From Ptychomitrium polyphyllum (taxonomy: Eukaryota): a DNA stretch of 64,000 nt. A program made the translations under genes and the position numbers. Location of the stretch: NCBI GenBank assembly GCA_973851085.1, contig OZ316775.1:13702001-13766000 (forward strand). Direction: 5' to 3'. How positions within the stretch are numbered: position 1 is the stretch's first letter; the number at the start of each line of letters is the position of its first letter. This document shows positions 39,201 through 55,245 of this stretch, piece by piece. The notes beneath the pieces were generated by a model that saw nothing but the letters and a program-made list of their open reading frames with translations, was not told the DNA's origin and made no database searches.

Positions 39201-40654
39201 AAATCACACTTTCGGACGGGAAGGAGACCAAAATATCGCCTAAACCACAATGATCAACTGCAACCATTGCAACTCTTTATTCAAAAACGGTGATAGGAGA
39301 GTGCTGCCAATATCAAGCTTGCTTCATACGTCGGACTAAATCTTCTCATTGAAGGAAAAAACGAATTGGCCAAGAAGTTTGAGGTTTAGAAGATAAATTC
39401 AGAACACGGTAGTATCGGATCATACTATATCATGTGCACTAACTGCAAATACCATTATCTAGACAAGCTTCTTCTGGAAATGCAATGATACTCTATCAAT
39501 CAGATTCTTACATAAAGGAGGACTTGGTGAGCTTACGTCTGTGGCTGATGATTCAGTGCTGCCGCGAGTGCCATGGACTCTGATCCTTGAGAGAATTGTA
39601 CTCCAGTATGTGGCAGAAACTGCGCTCAGCAGCTACAAAGTTTGTGAACGACCTCCTCTCGAACGAGTTGGTCCAGCAGCCAACTTGCCTAAGAAGCATG
39701 AGCAAAGTTTACTGCACCTGTGATCCTGTGCACAAATAAGCACCCAAAAAACCGTCACTTCACGTAAATCCACGACTATGCACCGAAGGCATACACTATG
39801 GGTTTCTGGAGTCTACATATTTCAGAGATGATTCTGGTTTTCGCTCTAGTGACGGCTTTGAATCTGGATTCCTTTATACGTCATCGTTCAGCCCACCTGG
39901 ATTATAACGAACTGTAGCAGCCAGTGAACCTTCTCAAGAACTGTCCTGAGATGAACCTTCTAGGGTACCAGTTACAGCGTCCGAAGGACCAACTTCAAGG
40001 CGACTGTACCCTTCTGTAACACTGTTCCTACACTTTCAACTTGGGATGTCGTGGAGGTAAACTGCCAGGCTGTTAGGCTGGACGTTTCAATGAGAAGTTG
40101 CTTCTTAGCCCTTTGGAGCGCAGACCACTCTCTGAAGACAGCTTAGTGTTCATTGACTTTTTTGATGTTGATGAATGCTGCCACGTAAACGACCTCTGAA
40201 TGTAGGATCAATATAGTAGTCAATACATGGGAAAAGTTGGGAATATGATATAGTGCTATTGAAACCTTTTAATGCGTAATTGGATTGTATTTTGTGGATC
40301 TCAAATGTGATATGAAATGGGTGTTAAATTGGTAATATAGGAAAGTTTAAATATGATATATCTTGTAGATACTTTAATGACATATGATACTTGTGAAATA
40401 CATTTATATAAATTTTCTTAGGACTTTTTTATTGTTAAGTATGTTGAATCTAATTGCTTGTGTAAAATTGTATATATGAAAATGGGAATAAATATCATAG
40501 ATCTATTCCAATAAATATTTACAACATAGTAGACTTCAAAACAAAAAACATCTCAAATTATTTTTTTTTTTAAAATCAATTCTAAATTTGAGATATGCAA
40601 TGACGTATAATTTATGTATTTGAAGGTGTTATTTGTATAAATTAATATTTGGCT

Positions 40655-40756
40655 AAAAACCATTGTACATGTAATATCAAGAATAATTTGAACAAACCAT
40701 TGTACATGTAATATCAAGAATAATTTGAACAATATCAAGAATAATTTGAACAATAT
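40655..40756. repeat. Tandem duplication of a ~37-bp unit in an AT-rich island
   Basis: aaaccattgtacatgtaatatcaagaataatttgaac occurs twice, followed by a partial aatatcaagaataatttgaac. Confidence 0.75.
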
Positions 40757-41571
40757 TTCATTAGAGATATAATTTAAGATTTTTGGAGATAGTTATAATG
40801 AATGTTGCTACATTAGCAAAGGTGCGGCATTTTACATTTTATATGGAGATATGATGGATATTGCATTGAGGTTGAGGTTGTGCAGTAGGACATGGGTGTT
40901 TGTTTAATCAAGGTGAGGTACTTACTACTTCCATCCATCCAAGGAGGTACTAGTATACGGGTTAATACTCCCTCACCCTCTCCGATTAAGAGGGGAAAAG
41001 CAACCAAGAGAGAAGAGTAATTAGAAAACATAGCATTGCTGATGTTTCGCTGATGTAATAAGCACATGCCTTGAAATCTAATTATACAATAATTAAAATA
41101 CTCTTATCACATGAATAATAATTTCATTTACTCATTCATATAGAAAATGTAGAACGTTTAATGTCCTCGTTTACAGAAAACATTCATGCATGGCTGTACG
41201 TGGGAAGTTAAACAGTAAGAAGACACTCCCATCTACACGAAGTTATTACACTATTGTAACCGGATACTCTCATATCACCATTCTATCTGAGAATAAAGAG
41301 TACATTCGAAAAGGGATAGCTTCATCCACTTTCGGATATTGGACAGATGGTTTGGCATGACCTATCAAAAATTGAGGGTAAGGATGTTACATACAGCAGT
41401 ATCTTCCTGGTTATGTTTACAGCCAACCTCTATAATCAACAACTGTAGCATCTGTGAACTATTCTGCTTGGTCTGTGATGTACAAACCGATTCAGTTTCT
41501 CGTTTATTATCGATGCCTTGTAACTTGGTTGAATCCTCTTCACGGTATCCTGCATGGATTGGTGAAGCGTC

Positions 41572-43552
<1,981 letters not shown>

Positions 43553-44652
43553 CTATCTCCCCCAACCGAAACCTCTGACAACAAAGTCTCCACCTACATC
43601 CAAAACCCGAAGCCCTGCCTGAAACCGCTCCCAACAATCACACTGATCATCTCCACAACGCAGAGTCACTCCGCAATTGCTGAACCGACTGCATACCAAG
43701 CCTTCTCCAGCACCTACTTGATCCAAAACTCAGCCATCATTCCCTCTCCAACCTGTCCACACCCAATTCCACCCAGAGACCTCCCTCAATCACCACTACT
43801 AAAATCCGATTCTCGCACCAGCACTCGCCCGACCAAACGGACAACTTTGCACACAAATTGTTGTCTTTCCAACAACGTCCTGGTAGCTCAACAAACTAAC
43901 TGAAAATCTCTACTGAGATGTAGTATCAGTAGAAGATACAAGCACGAGACCCTGAATTGCGAAATAACACTCTTTCTATTGCAGGCCCTCGGAAGGGGGA
44001 TCTCTACACAAGCGAACATAATACTGTAAAACGGGTAACCTTGACCTAGGTTTCAATTATAAGGAAGTTGTTGTAGCTATCGAAAGGGTTTGGGTACACC
44101 GACGGTTTTAGGTACAGAGACGGTTTTGGGAATGCATCCCGACCATTGTGGGGCAAAGCTCTAGAATCTGGGCAACGAAGAGAGACCGAGGAGAAGGTTT
44201 AGGGTTTCCGGAATCACAATCGACTTCTCAACATTAGCACGTCACAAGCTCACTTTCTTGCAATGACGATCATCGCTGCCACACTCTTGGTCAAGGTTCC
44301 GATGTCTCCGTACCTCTGTATTGCGAGTTCTCTCATGGTGCGATTCGGGAGAGAACTTTCCCCCTTTCTATGAGATTGCAGGGTTGTGAGTGCCGTGCTT
44401 TCAATTGCAGGCTCCATTGTGCTTCGCTGGAGGTTTGGGGTGTAAAGTAAGGCGATTGAATTGAGTGACCAAACCCTTGTGTTGATTAGAGAATCAATGG
44501 TGACCTGGATCGCAATTCGGTGGTAGCATTTGAAAGGATATATGACAAGCTCCCCTTGGGTTTTCTGAATCTTTTTCTTGGTAGCGGGTGTAGTTCTTCT
44601 GAACTGTGAATTGTAGCTGGGTTTGATGTCTGTGTGAGGGTTGCGGTTCGCT

Positions 44653-47600
44653 ATGGATTCTCTTGCAGCGCCTATAGCGAATGGCGGTGCTGGTGCCGTT
44701 GTTGAAAGGAGTGAGATAGAGAGACAGCTTTGTGAGGCGAATGATAGCGACGACAGGAATGAAGCTGGAGGTGGGGCTTTGAACCTTATTGAAAAGCGAG
44801 CGGCTGTGCCTGCGAGTGGTGTTTCTGCCGAAGGTGGAGCAGGTCTGCCGAAGGTGCCGCTGTTTAAAGAGCCGAAAGCAATGGGACCTCCGTCTTCGAT
44901 GCCTCCTCCGATGTCTTCAGCTGCAATGCTTTCTCCGAAGGTAAGCAAAGCCAATTTGCCGGGTCCAATGGGACCTCCACCAATGCGGGTGAAACAGAGT
45001 AAAGAGGAAGTGAAAGAGCCGGTTCAACTTACAGCTGCAGAAGGTATGCTACTGTCCTGGTTGCATAGATTTCGTAAGAAAATCATGAAGCTAGGTGTAG
45101 TCGGTGGGCATGTTCGGAAAATTCCAGCCTCAGTGTGTGAGGATTAGACAATTATAGCAAAATGTTAGAGTTAGAAAGAGAGTCTACAGAATTTGAAAGC
45201 CCCCTGCGTTACCTAAGTGTGATTCGTGTGCTCCTGGCTTTTAGCTAAGGTTGAGGTATATGTTGTATGTGCAGCAAATACAAAAAGCTCCTCAGATGTG
45301 AAGACTCCAGATGGAGAAGATAATGGTTCGGTGATGGCCGTGCGAGCATCCATGAGTAAGGTGGCACTAGATCCAACTTCTTTCGGCCCGCCTTATGTGA
45401 AACCTGCATGGAGCGCAGCACCTAGTCACCCTTTCAAGCTCGAAGTTCTTAAGGAAGGGGTTGTTGTGAGCAACTTTGACGTGTATGTTCTTCTTGCTTA
45501 TACTCTGCAGTTGCAGGAGCCTTATTAATACACTGCTTTGAAGCAGTGTGTATATTCGTGTTATGCATCAGGTGTTTTGCTCTTCCATGTGGAAGTTTTT
45601 ACTGGAGGTATTCTTGTGATGCCGAACATTTTTGTAGCAATATATTTACTCAGAATGAGAGAGGATGTAGAAACTTGTGTATACATTTCTGAAGAATTTG
45701 GGATTTGAAACTTCCTCTTAGTTACTCTTCTGAGACTAAATATCTCTTCACTTGTTCAGATCGAGCAAGGGAGCTTACATGTTTGGTCGCAGCGACCGAT
45801 GTGATTTTATGTTGGAGCATCCCACGGTGTCCCGCTACCATGCAGGTATTATACTTTAGGACAATATGTCATTTTACACTTCTTGGGTCTGAAGGCTGGG
45901 CCATAGTTTTTTACTCCTGAGTTCTGCTTCTTTTGAAAGCTTCTGGAAATGGATGTGCCACGTACTCTCTTCTTTAGGGTAATCTTAGAAAATCAGCATA
46001 TGGGATGTTTATTGTACATTAAGATTTTAGGAGATTGTTTAGTCTTGTACACTAGGCGCTTTGTACTGGCATTGCATCTAGCTGAAATAGTTTTTTCAGA
46101 CTAGTTCTCAGAGCTGTTTATTCAGATCTTGCATGTATTTTCTCCTGGTTGAGCAGTGTTGCAATATAACGATAAAGGAGAAGCCTTTATTTATGACCTT
46201 GGGAGTACGCATGGCACCTTCGTCAATAAGCGTCAGGTTGGGCATCCCTATTTGTATTGTCTTATTGGCACTTGAAGCATAGGATGATTCATCTTGTTCA
46301 CTGTAGATTTGTTCATATTTCCATTCATTTTGTTGGTTCTTGTTGTTGGCTCTCTCTACATATTTAGTTGGAGAAATTACTTGTCACAAAACCATGATGA
46401 TGGTGGAATCCGCAGGTAAAAGCCAAAGACTATACTCCAGTACATGTCGGTGCCGTTGTGCGCTTTGGCCTGTAAGACATCAATCCCTCTATATTCTCTG
46501 AAGATTGCATTTTTACGTTCAACGTCTTTTCGTTCCTTGGTATAATAGGTTTTGAGGATATCATTTAACCTTACAATTCAGTACATGCTGCTCTTGCTTG
46601 TTTGTCTTTTTTCAGCTCAACTCGTTTGTACGTGCTTCAAGGTCCAAGCGAACTTATGCCTGAGGTAGATTTCCTGTTTTCCCTTTGTGAATGATTTAGT
46701 GTTATATTTGCCTTAGCAAATTGGCAACAAAAGGATTGGTTGGTGCTATTTTTCTCTAACTATGTGTGTTTTTCTGATCAATATCGTCTCTTTATCGTGT
46801 TTTGTTTTTCTATTTTGATCCAGATACTTTGTGATTTCTGAAGCTGTGTGATGGAATGCCATACAGGAAGGACTATCACTGAAAGATCGTTTAGTATCAG
46901 GAGGAGCAGTAGGGGCAACTGAAGCAGCACACATGCGAGAAATGTCACTTCGGCGAGCAAAGGCAGAGGCGGCAGCTTTGGAAGGTGCCAGCTGGGGAAT
47001 GCAGGAGGATGCTGAAGTTGAAGAGGAAGAGGTATACCGACTGTATCCTCACGATTGTTGTGGTCCATAACCAATTGTTTACACGTATCACTTTGACTGA
47101 ATATGCTACTCAATATTATAGTGGTGTCGAATTCATAAATACCATAGTTTTTGTATTCTTTTCCATGTTAGCATTCTTATCTAATTATGTTGATGTTGTA
47201 CTGGGTGTCACGCAGGAGGACTTGGACGAAGTGACTTGGCAAACACACAAAGGACCGCTGACAGAGAAACAGCAAAAGACGCTTGAAAAAGTCCACAAAC
47301 GACATGAGAAGGTATCTTCTTTATGTTACCTGTCTGATCCATTGAATATCGGACTCTAACCATTTTGAAGGCACAAGTTGTTTTTCGCTCAGGACTAGTT
47401 TGTTTGTTCAGTTTCCAATTTAATATTCTTAATTTTTCACACCACTGCCTTGTATGATGTGTGATATGTCTCCATATTTGACTGTTCTTGATTTGTGCGG
47501 TTTGGTCAGATGGCAAATCTGAATAAAGAAATTGATGCTATCAGAGCCAAAGAAGGTAGCCAAGGGGGTCTTACACAGGGTCAGCAGACACAAATTGCAC

Positions 47601-49597
47601 GCAATGAGCAACGTATTGAAGCGGTACTTTCCTGTTATTATTCCGGCATAGTTCTTTCTATGCTTTAGCAGTTATTCTATTTGATTCTCTGGGCCGCCTG
47701 TTTGTTAGTATTCTTGAGTTTCCTAGCCTTCAAATACGATATTGGCAGCACGTCTGTTCCAAGTGTTGTGTGGTGCACTTATATTATATGACTAAGTTAA
47801 GTGAGAATTTCCTTAGTTATGGTGGTATTGTGGATGCGAATAGCCCAGTCAGTAATGTCTTTAAATTTTTCAGCTCATGGAGGAGTTGGAAAGCATGGAG
47901 GAGACGCTCAATGAGAGTATTCGAGAGAGTTTAGGTGCACGCACAGGGAAATCTATCTCAAAAAAGAAACCTGTCTTTGAAGATGAGGAGGATGAAGATG
48001 ACAGGTGCCAAATTTCGCCTTTTAAGACATTCAATAAACTATCTATCTCTTACAGAGCGCAGTATGTTTCGGTTGTGAGGTTTGCTTAATAATAAGCGTT
48101 GGCTGATGTCTATCTCAGTGACGATGAGTTCTATGACCGAACAAACAAACGAAAACAGAAGGCCAAAAAAGGAGAAGTTGCTCAGGTGGTAGAGACAGCT
48201 GAAACTCTTCTGGAGAAAAGAGATGTGATTGCTAAGGAAATGGATGTGGTCTCGGCTGAGTTGAAAGCTGAGGAAGCCAAGTCAGTTTCAGACAAAGGAA
48301 GCAGCATTATCTCGGAATCTATAGATCCTCTGGACGTATTTATGTCAAGCGTATCTACAAATATTGGTATGTCAGTTGTCTACGGACGAGCGTCCTTGAA
48401 CGTTAGCAAATTTTTGTCTGCCTTTGAGATGTACGGTATTGGAACAAAATTTCAATAGTAGAATCATGAGTATGCAACAGGACTAACAGGTATTACTGTG
48501 ATGCGCAGTTAAAGACAAGGCATCCCGCCTCTCAAAGGAGCTATTAAAGCTTCAAGCAGAAGCTGATAGAATAGCCCGCCTCCTGAAAATTGCAGACCCA
48601 TCGGGAGATGCTGCTCGGAAGTGGGATGATAAACCTGAAGACTCAAGTCAGTCGCAAAAGGTGGAAACCATTGTAGAGATTCGGTTACGGTTACGTGCCA
48701 ATAAAGAAGCTGCACGGGAGCTTGCATCTCAAACAAAGGAGCTTCTTGATTCTGCCCCTGAAGTAATTGCTGCTCCATCTACTGCAGATGTCAGTATGGA
48801 TCCCACCGACAAAAAGGTTGACTCTAAGGAGATGCCAATCCTTGCTCCTACTCTTCTTCTTGGTGCACCGCGACCTGCACCACAGCTGGAGGCAGCACAG
48901 AGTGAAGCCACCAAGAGTTCTGTCTCCATAGAACAAGACACAGAAACTGGCGATGAATTCGTAGGTTATAAAGATAGGAAACGGCCAGGCTCTGAGAAGG
49001 AGGATCTTATGCATGTAGAGGAAGTTACAGGTGGTAAGTTGGGTAGCGAGGATAGAGATGTTGCGAGTAATGCAGCCATGGAAGCTGTTGCTCTTTTAAT
49101 GAGACATAAATCAGGTCTTGTAGCTCAAGAGGAGTTACAGGAACAAGAATCTCGGTTAAGCAACAGTACGCAGCATCCAAGTGCAACTAAAACACGAGGC
49201 AAGAAAAAACGGAAGCTGGGACCTGAAAGGTCGCCCATGTTAGTGAAGGAGTTGGATGAACTCGAAGAAACTTGGGTTCCTCCTCAAGGTAGTTATACTT
49301 CCTCGTTGTAGTGTTTTATGATGAGGTTTACCATCCCATTTGACTTCAGCATTTCATTTCTTTTGTGATTATCTTTATAGTTAGGCCTAAATCCTTGTTT
49401 AGGAATGACAAGGCTATTCGCATCCACATTGACGCACTTTCTTGAAGATTTTCAGCGTTTTGTGCTATCAAAGTTCAAGATAATTATGCTTAATTCGTAA
49501 TTACCTTCCATCGCACGCACCTGATAAGTTGATGTTTTTCTTTGCAGGGCAAAGTGGCGATGGGCGAACAGCACTTAATGACAAGTTAGGGTATTGA
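44653..49597 (+). CDS. Kanadaptin (SLC4A1AP)-like FHA-domain nuclear protein
   Basis: FHA motifs YMFGRSDRCDFMLEHPTVSRYHA, YDLGSTHGTFVNK and RFGLSTRLYVLQGP; also SWGMQEDA, SDDEFYDRT, DPLDVFMS and a basic KKKRK NLS. Characteristic C-terminus WVPPQGQSGDGRTALNDKLGY* (TGA 49595-49597). Confidence 0.92.
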
Positions 49598-50568
49598 AGA
49601 TATGCGTCCTCCTCAAGCTTTACAAGATTTTGCATGATCTTAGAAGTACCACCATTTGCTTGTTAGTTGGAAAAGGGAGAAGAGTGGTTTGTATTCTATA
49701 TGAATATTTCTATTGACACATTATTAAAAGCTCACGGCTGAGAATTGAAAGTTGCCCTTGGTACTTTTGTCATCAAATTCGGTTGTGCAATCAGGTTTGC
49801 ATACAGTAGCTTGTTTGGGATCTACGATTTCGTAGCTAGTGAGTACCACCAGCTACGAAATAATGTGGCGAAGTGATCACCCTAGGTGAAGTAGTAAGTT
49901 TTACAAGCGCCAGTAACTTCCAAAGCTTCGGCCTACTGAGCATGAGGTGAATAATTCGGTTCAGCTGTATTTTCTTTTCACTCGACTGTAGCCATTGGCG
50001 ATATCGCTCTAACGAAGGCTCGTGTCAGGGCTCAGACCTCATTGTATCCTACTAATTTATTTCTTTCCTGCAGTTTTCTGGTTTCGTCCTACAGTTGCCC
50101 AAGATCCGAGACCTTAAGCGGATCTCAACACTCCTTAAGACTAAATTTGTGTGTCATATACAAGTCCGGTTTCAGACCTTCCAAAGACGAGATTATACAC
50201 GTCGAAGCCCTCCAGAAATCAACTGAAAGAAGAAACTCAAAGAGGCCTCAACTTTTGTCGAAAATGAGAAGTTGAATAATGCAACATCAACAACGGTAGG
50301 CTGAGAAGAACTGCAAGACAGAAGTCTATCCGGATGAACTTGGCGCTCCTTTATGAATGGACGAGATTCAATTCATTCCAAGTCAGCAGCTCCAGACACA
50401 GTCTTTCTTGTTCTCTGCTCGATTCCTGTCGTTGTGGTTGCAGTTCCTCGGCATTGGCTTCCTCCATTCGCCAAATTATCTCAAACTCTACTTGGGTCTC
50501 GTACCTCTCACCTTCTTCTATTCCCACTCAGCTGTGTGAAGCTTCATTCCGCAGAGCTGCGACTGACC

Positions 50569-53496
50569 ATGGCGATGGCGCAAAGCATCGCAAGTCTGAC
50601 TCTGGGCGCGACAGCCCAATTACAGGGACCCTTGACCTCAGGATCTTCCGCCTTGGGGTCGGCGAGACCGTCTTTGTCTCTTCGCTCCAACGCTTCTGGG
50701 TTCTCCTCCAAGATACATTTCGCCGGGTCCTTTGGCCTGTCGTGGAGCGTACAAGGGAACGGTCTTAGTAGGTGCAAGCGCAGGCACGGAGCGGTGCTAG
50801 CCGTGCGAGCAGCAGCTGGGGAGAAGAAGAATGTATTGATTGTGAACACCAACAGCGGAGGCCACGCCGTCATTGGGTTCTGGACTGCTAAGGACTTGAC
50901 TGCTGCTGGCCACAGCGTGACCATCTTGACGGTGGGCGAGGAATCGTCTGATAAGATGAAGAAGCAGCCATTCTCTCGCTTCAACGTAAGCACCTTTCTT
51001 CGGAATGTTTTCAGCTCTTTGTCCTGCTATGGGTGCCATCTTGTTCAGAGGCTTTCTCTTGGGATGTCATCTTCACAGGGCGCCCTGGGGAAAAAGGGGC
51101 ACTTTGTAAGTGAGACAATTTCCTGTGTGAATGACCGATTTTACACTATGTGCAGGGAAAAATCTCACACGGGAATGTGTCAAGAGCTCCCTGTGCTTCT
51201 AGTTCTTGGGCACAACTGATAGTTGGATTCTTGATAATTTTATTAAGTTAGGATTGGTAATAGAAAGAATGCCAATTTTGCACGTACTTCCGAGACAGAT
51301 ATGTTAGATTGCGCACTCGATTGATTGTATTGCTTAGTTTTCTCCATCTTCCTATATCCCAACTGAGACCAGAATCGGAGTTGCTAGGAAGAACATGGAA
51401 TTGTCAAACAAGACCTACTTGTCATGTGGTGACACAATGTGGCAGTATAGCATTGCTGCCTACTCTTCGATGTCATTAAATTCCTGCAGCTTAGTGCTGT
51501 GATACAACGCACTGCGGTAACTTGTAGAGTATCAGAAACTGATTGCATTAGGTTTTTTAAATATTCAAATTGGACTATCATTTGGCAAGCGATTCACCTC
51601 CTGATGAAAATATATCCAAGAGATTTTGAAAGTAATGTATTTATTCTGTTTGGGGGACTTTTGTTATTGTAGGAGCTGCGCGACATTGGAGTGCAGACCG
51701 TGTGGGGTGAGCCTTCCAACATTGGAGCTGCTCTTGGAAGCAATACCCAAGCTCCATTTGATGTTGTCTTGGACAATAACGGAAAGACCTTGGACGTTGT
51801 TCAGTACGTTTCTTACGTTCTACTCCTTTCATTATTTCATTCTGTTCTTTATAACATTCTAGAGTAGTGTACAAGGATACCCTTTCAGAACAGCATATTT
51901 GCGGAATATACTGCACAAATTCACTTTCAAACTCACCAAATTTGTGATGTACTCAGTTACAGTATGGAAAGAATATGGCTGCTTCCTGGTCTATAATGTT
52001 GTCATTGTCCTTCAGGACAAGTTTTAAGATTTGGACTGGCTTAGTTGTCTCCTACTTTTAATGTATGTCAGCTCATATGTTACTCGGTTTGCAGGCCCGT
52101 GGCGGACTGGGCTAAGGCTAATGGTGCCAAACAATTCTTGTTTATCAGCAGTGCGGGTATTTACAAAAGCTCCTTTGAGCAACCCCATGTTGAAGGGGTA
52201 CGCTTTCCTTCATTCAATTTAACCAATTCTGCTCGACTGGATTTATTCTGTTTGAATTCGTTTTATAGCGGAGTTTCATAATATTCATCCAGTTTGCTGT
52301 GATGCAGTGAGATTGTTAAGCCGTTTCAGGACGAAATATAGAAACTATCAATCTATCAATGATTGCTTGGTTTTGTATCACCAAAGTTTCATAATTCACA
52401 TAATTTGGATAAATGGAACAGGATGCAGTGAAGGAGGATGCTGGTCATAAGCAAGTAGAGAACTATTTGGCAGACTTGGGACTGGAGAGCTGGGCTTCCT
52501 TCCGGCCACAATATATGACTGGAGATGGAAACAACAAGGATTGTGAAGAATGGTTTTTCGATAGTAAGTGTTTAAGCCATTATCTGGATGTCTGTTTTGA
52601 TAATCTGGCTGCAAAATGTTTGTTTCCTCGTGCTCTATGGTAATCTTTAAGTTCCAATTTTTGCATGGCCGATGAGTTGGTTCGATTGGGCGTCTGAAGG
52701 GTCTTACAACATTGGGTCTGACGTTGCAGGAATTGCCAGGGGAAGGCCAGTGTGCATTCCTGCACCAGGCATTCAAGTGACAAACATCTCCCATGTGCGT
52801 GACTTATCAAGCATGCTGACACTCGCTGTGGAGAAGCCTGAAGCTGCGAATGGCTCCATTTTCAACGCCGTCTCCGACCGGGGCACGACATTCGATGGCT
52901 TAGTGAAAATGTGCGCCAAAGCAGCCGGAAAGGAAGTCAAAACCGTGCACTATGACCCTAAGGCTGTTGGAGTCGATGTCAAGAAAGCATTTCCCTTCCG
53001 CAACATGGTATGTTATCTCCACCTGAGAACCTGAGTAGCTTGTGTTTAAGAAAACGTTCGTCCAGTTGATATGCACAACTGGAGATAGTCTTTGATTTTG
53101 ATAAAGCATAGTGAGTCACATGCTTAATTGAATCATCAGATACACTCATTTCCAATACTGCCCCAAAACAAGCATACGCCAGTTAGACAATTAGGCTACT
53201 ACCTGTCTTTATGAGCTAGGAGGTTGTCCTTCTGCTTAAATATCTGTAGGTCTTGATGTGCGCATTCTTGCTAGAAGTCTTGGACTTATGAAGTGCTACT
53301 TGTGGCTGTGCAGCACTTTTACGCAGAGCCCCGAGCAGCGAAAACAAAACTGGGGTGGGAGAGCAAGACTAATCTGGCTGAGGACTTGAAAGAACGATAT
53401 GAGGAATATATTAAGATTGGCAGAGACAAGAAGGACATCAAGTTTGAACTCGACGACAAAATCTTAGAAGCTGTGTCAGAATCTGTTGCAGCTTAG
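50569..53496 (+). CDS. CSP41A: Chloroplast stem-loop binding protein of 41 kDa a
   Basis: Ser/Arg-rich transit peptide, then [70 protein letters not shown] and [10 protein letters not shown] across about six exons. Confidence 0.95.
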
Positions 53497-54029
53497 ATCA
53501 TTAGAGATCCTTGTATTAGATGCACTCATAAACCACAAGACCAGTAACTTGTGATTGTTTGTACGACTTTGTTGTTTATGATTGAATCATTCTCCGTGAA
53601 GAGTTGGAACTGGTTGGGGTGAATAGGTTGATATTGCCATGCCACGGGGTCCTAACATAATTTATTGCTACACAAACTTGAAATTGAAAATGTCCAGTTG
53701 GCCTCTGTTCAGCAAGCCCAGAATCAAGTATACCCTTCAGGAACACTTCTGACAGAGTACTAAGGTTTGATTTAGTCGAGAGAGTCCGCCCTCCATAGAT
53801 TTTCTGTAGTTTTCCAAACGAGATTAAATATTCGACCAAAAGATTAGCTACACAACGTAGATAGAAGCGACCAAAGCATAATCGACCAAAAGAACACTAG
53901 TTGACCCTTGGGAACATTGCAATCGACTCATGAAGCCGGGACTCCTTCAGAATCAAATGTAACTCACGAACTGCGAGATTCTCTTGGAGGTAGCCAGTGT
54001 ACTAAAGCTAAGTCGTCCGAAATTAAGAA

Positions 54030-55245
54030 CTTTAGGTCGAAGTATTCTCTTTTAACGCAGCGATCCATGAATTACTCCATGTACAGCTCAAGAGTACCCA
54101 AATCCATGGAGGCGGTGGGGCGGTATCGGCAGGCGATGCCGCAGATGGCCATAGCGTGGACATAATTCGCAGCGCTGCGCACCGTTGACCAAAATTATGG
54201 CAACGCAGGCGTTCCCCAAGTTCAATGTTTATTTTGATTATTTGCTGTGAAGCCATATTGACGTCGACAGATCCGTTCTAGTTAGCACATGGAGTGAACA
54301 TTTTCGAGTACATGGCCAAGCATGCGGACGTGCTGGCGGTGTTCAGAAACGCCGTGAGCCAGTGGTCACAGACTGTGCAGGTGCCCCTCTTTCTGGTGCG
54401 CTACAAAGAGTTTTAACAACACAATGGGCTCGCTCATGGACATGAGAGGCTGTACCGGGACCAATATCTTGCAAATCGTGCGCCATCACATTACCCGTGC
54501 TATTAACTTCGACCTGCCCTAAGTGTCTCCTTTTCCCCTGCTGCCCCCGGTGAGCTGAGACATGCTATTACAGCTCATAACGAGTCTCCACTAATTTCGA
54601 GCTGGTACTGATCATCGTCTATGAGCTAGTGGCCTTACGCTGTTTCGAACCGACCAACGTGACATACCGGGAGTGTTGTTCGCCCTGTGCAGGAATCGAG
54701 CATGGCGAAGGTGATACTTTTGAAAGCTTACTGACAGGATGCAATGCAATTTCCTTGAAGGTAAGTATAGTACTGCAGCTGTTATTGAATGTACTTTGGG
54801 ACCAATGGTTTTTGGCAACACAGTTATCAAATTGACTCTGAGAGTCAATTTGCTCACTACGTCTGCTTATGATGATTTCAATTAATTGATTTGGTGACTT
54901 AGTGATTGGACATTGTTCATTTTCAGAAATTGTTGCACGATTGGGACAACGACTCCTGCATAAAAATTCTGAAGAAATCCCACGAAGTGCTGCTAGAGAT
55001 GGGAGGAAGAGTGATCATAGTTGAGGCCATGGTGCCGCCTCAGGAGACGCCACGGAGAACCCATGCGGTGGAGCAAGAGTTTGGGTTGAAGTCCAGTGTG
55101 ATCGTGTCCGTGCATTGCATCTGAGGCAAGGATCGATCCGAGCATAATTTTCATCGCTTGGTGTTGGCGGCCCGGTTTCGTAACTTCCAAGTTGTGGTCA
55201 AGTTTGATGTATCATATGTCGTAGAAGCATTCAATTGGTTACATG
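54030..55245 (+). pseudogene. COMT-like (class II) O-methyltransferase pseudogene, 5'-truncated
   Basis: DPF*LAHGVNIFEYMAKH…, a frameshift near 54415, LMDMRGCTG (degenerate DxGGGxG) and AINFDLP*V. Next exon GIEHGEGDTFESL…AISLK; last exon KLLHDWDNDSCIKILKK…GGRVIIVEA…GKDRSE. Multiple stops; introns retained. Confidence 0.85.

Noticed and set aside
39530..40200. Coding-like composition on the minus strand upstream of the SDR
   Set aside because: Multiple stops and no recognisable family; cannot support a call.
49827..49861. 11-bp stem hairpin after the kanadaptin-like gene
   Set aside because: Too short to distinguish from chance; no precursor-length structure.
50353..50568. 72-aa in-frame N-terminal extension of CSP41a
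   Set aside because: ATG 50569 has good context (ACCATGG) and starts a typical transit peptide; the extension is probably promoter/UTR.
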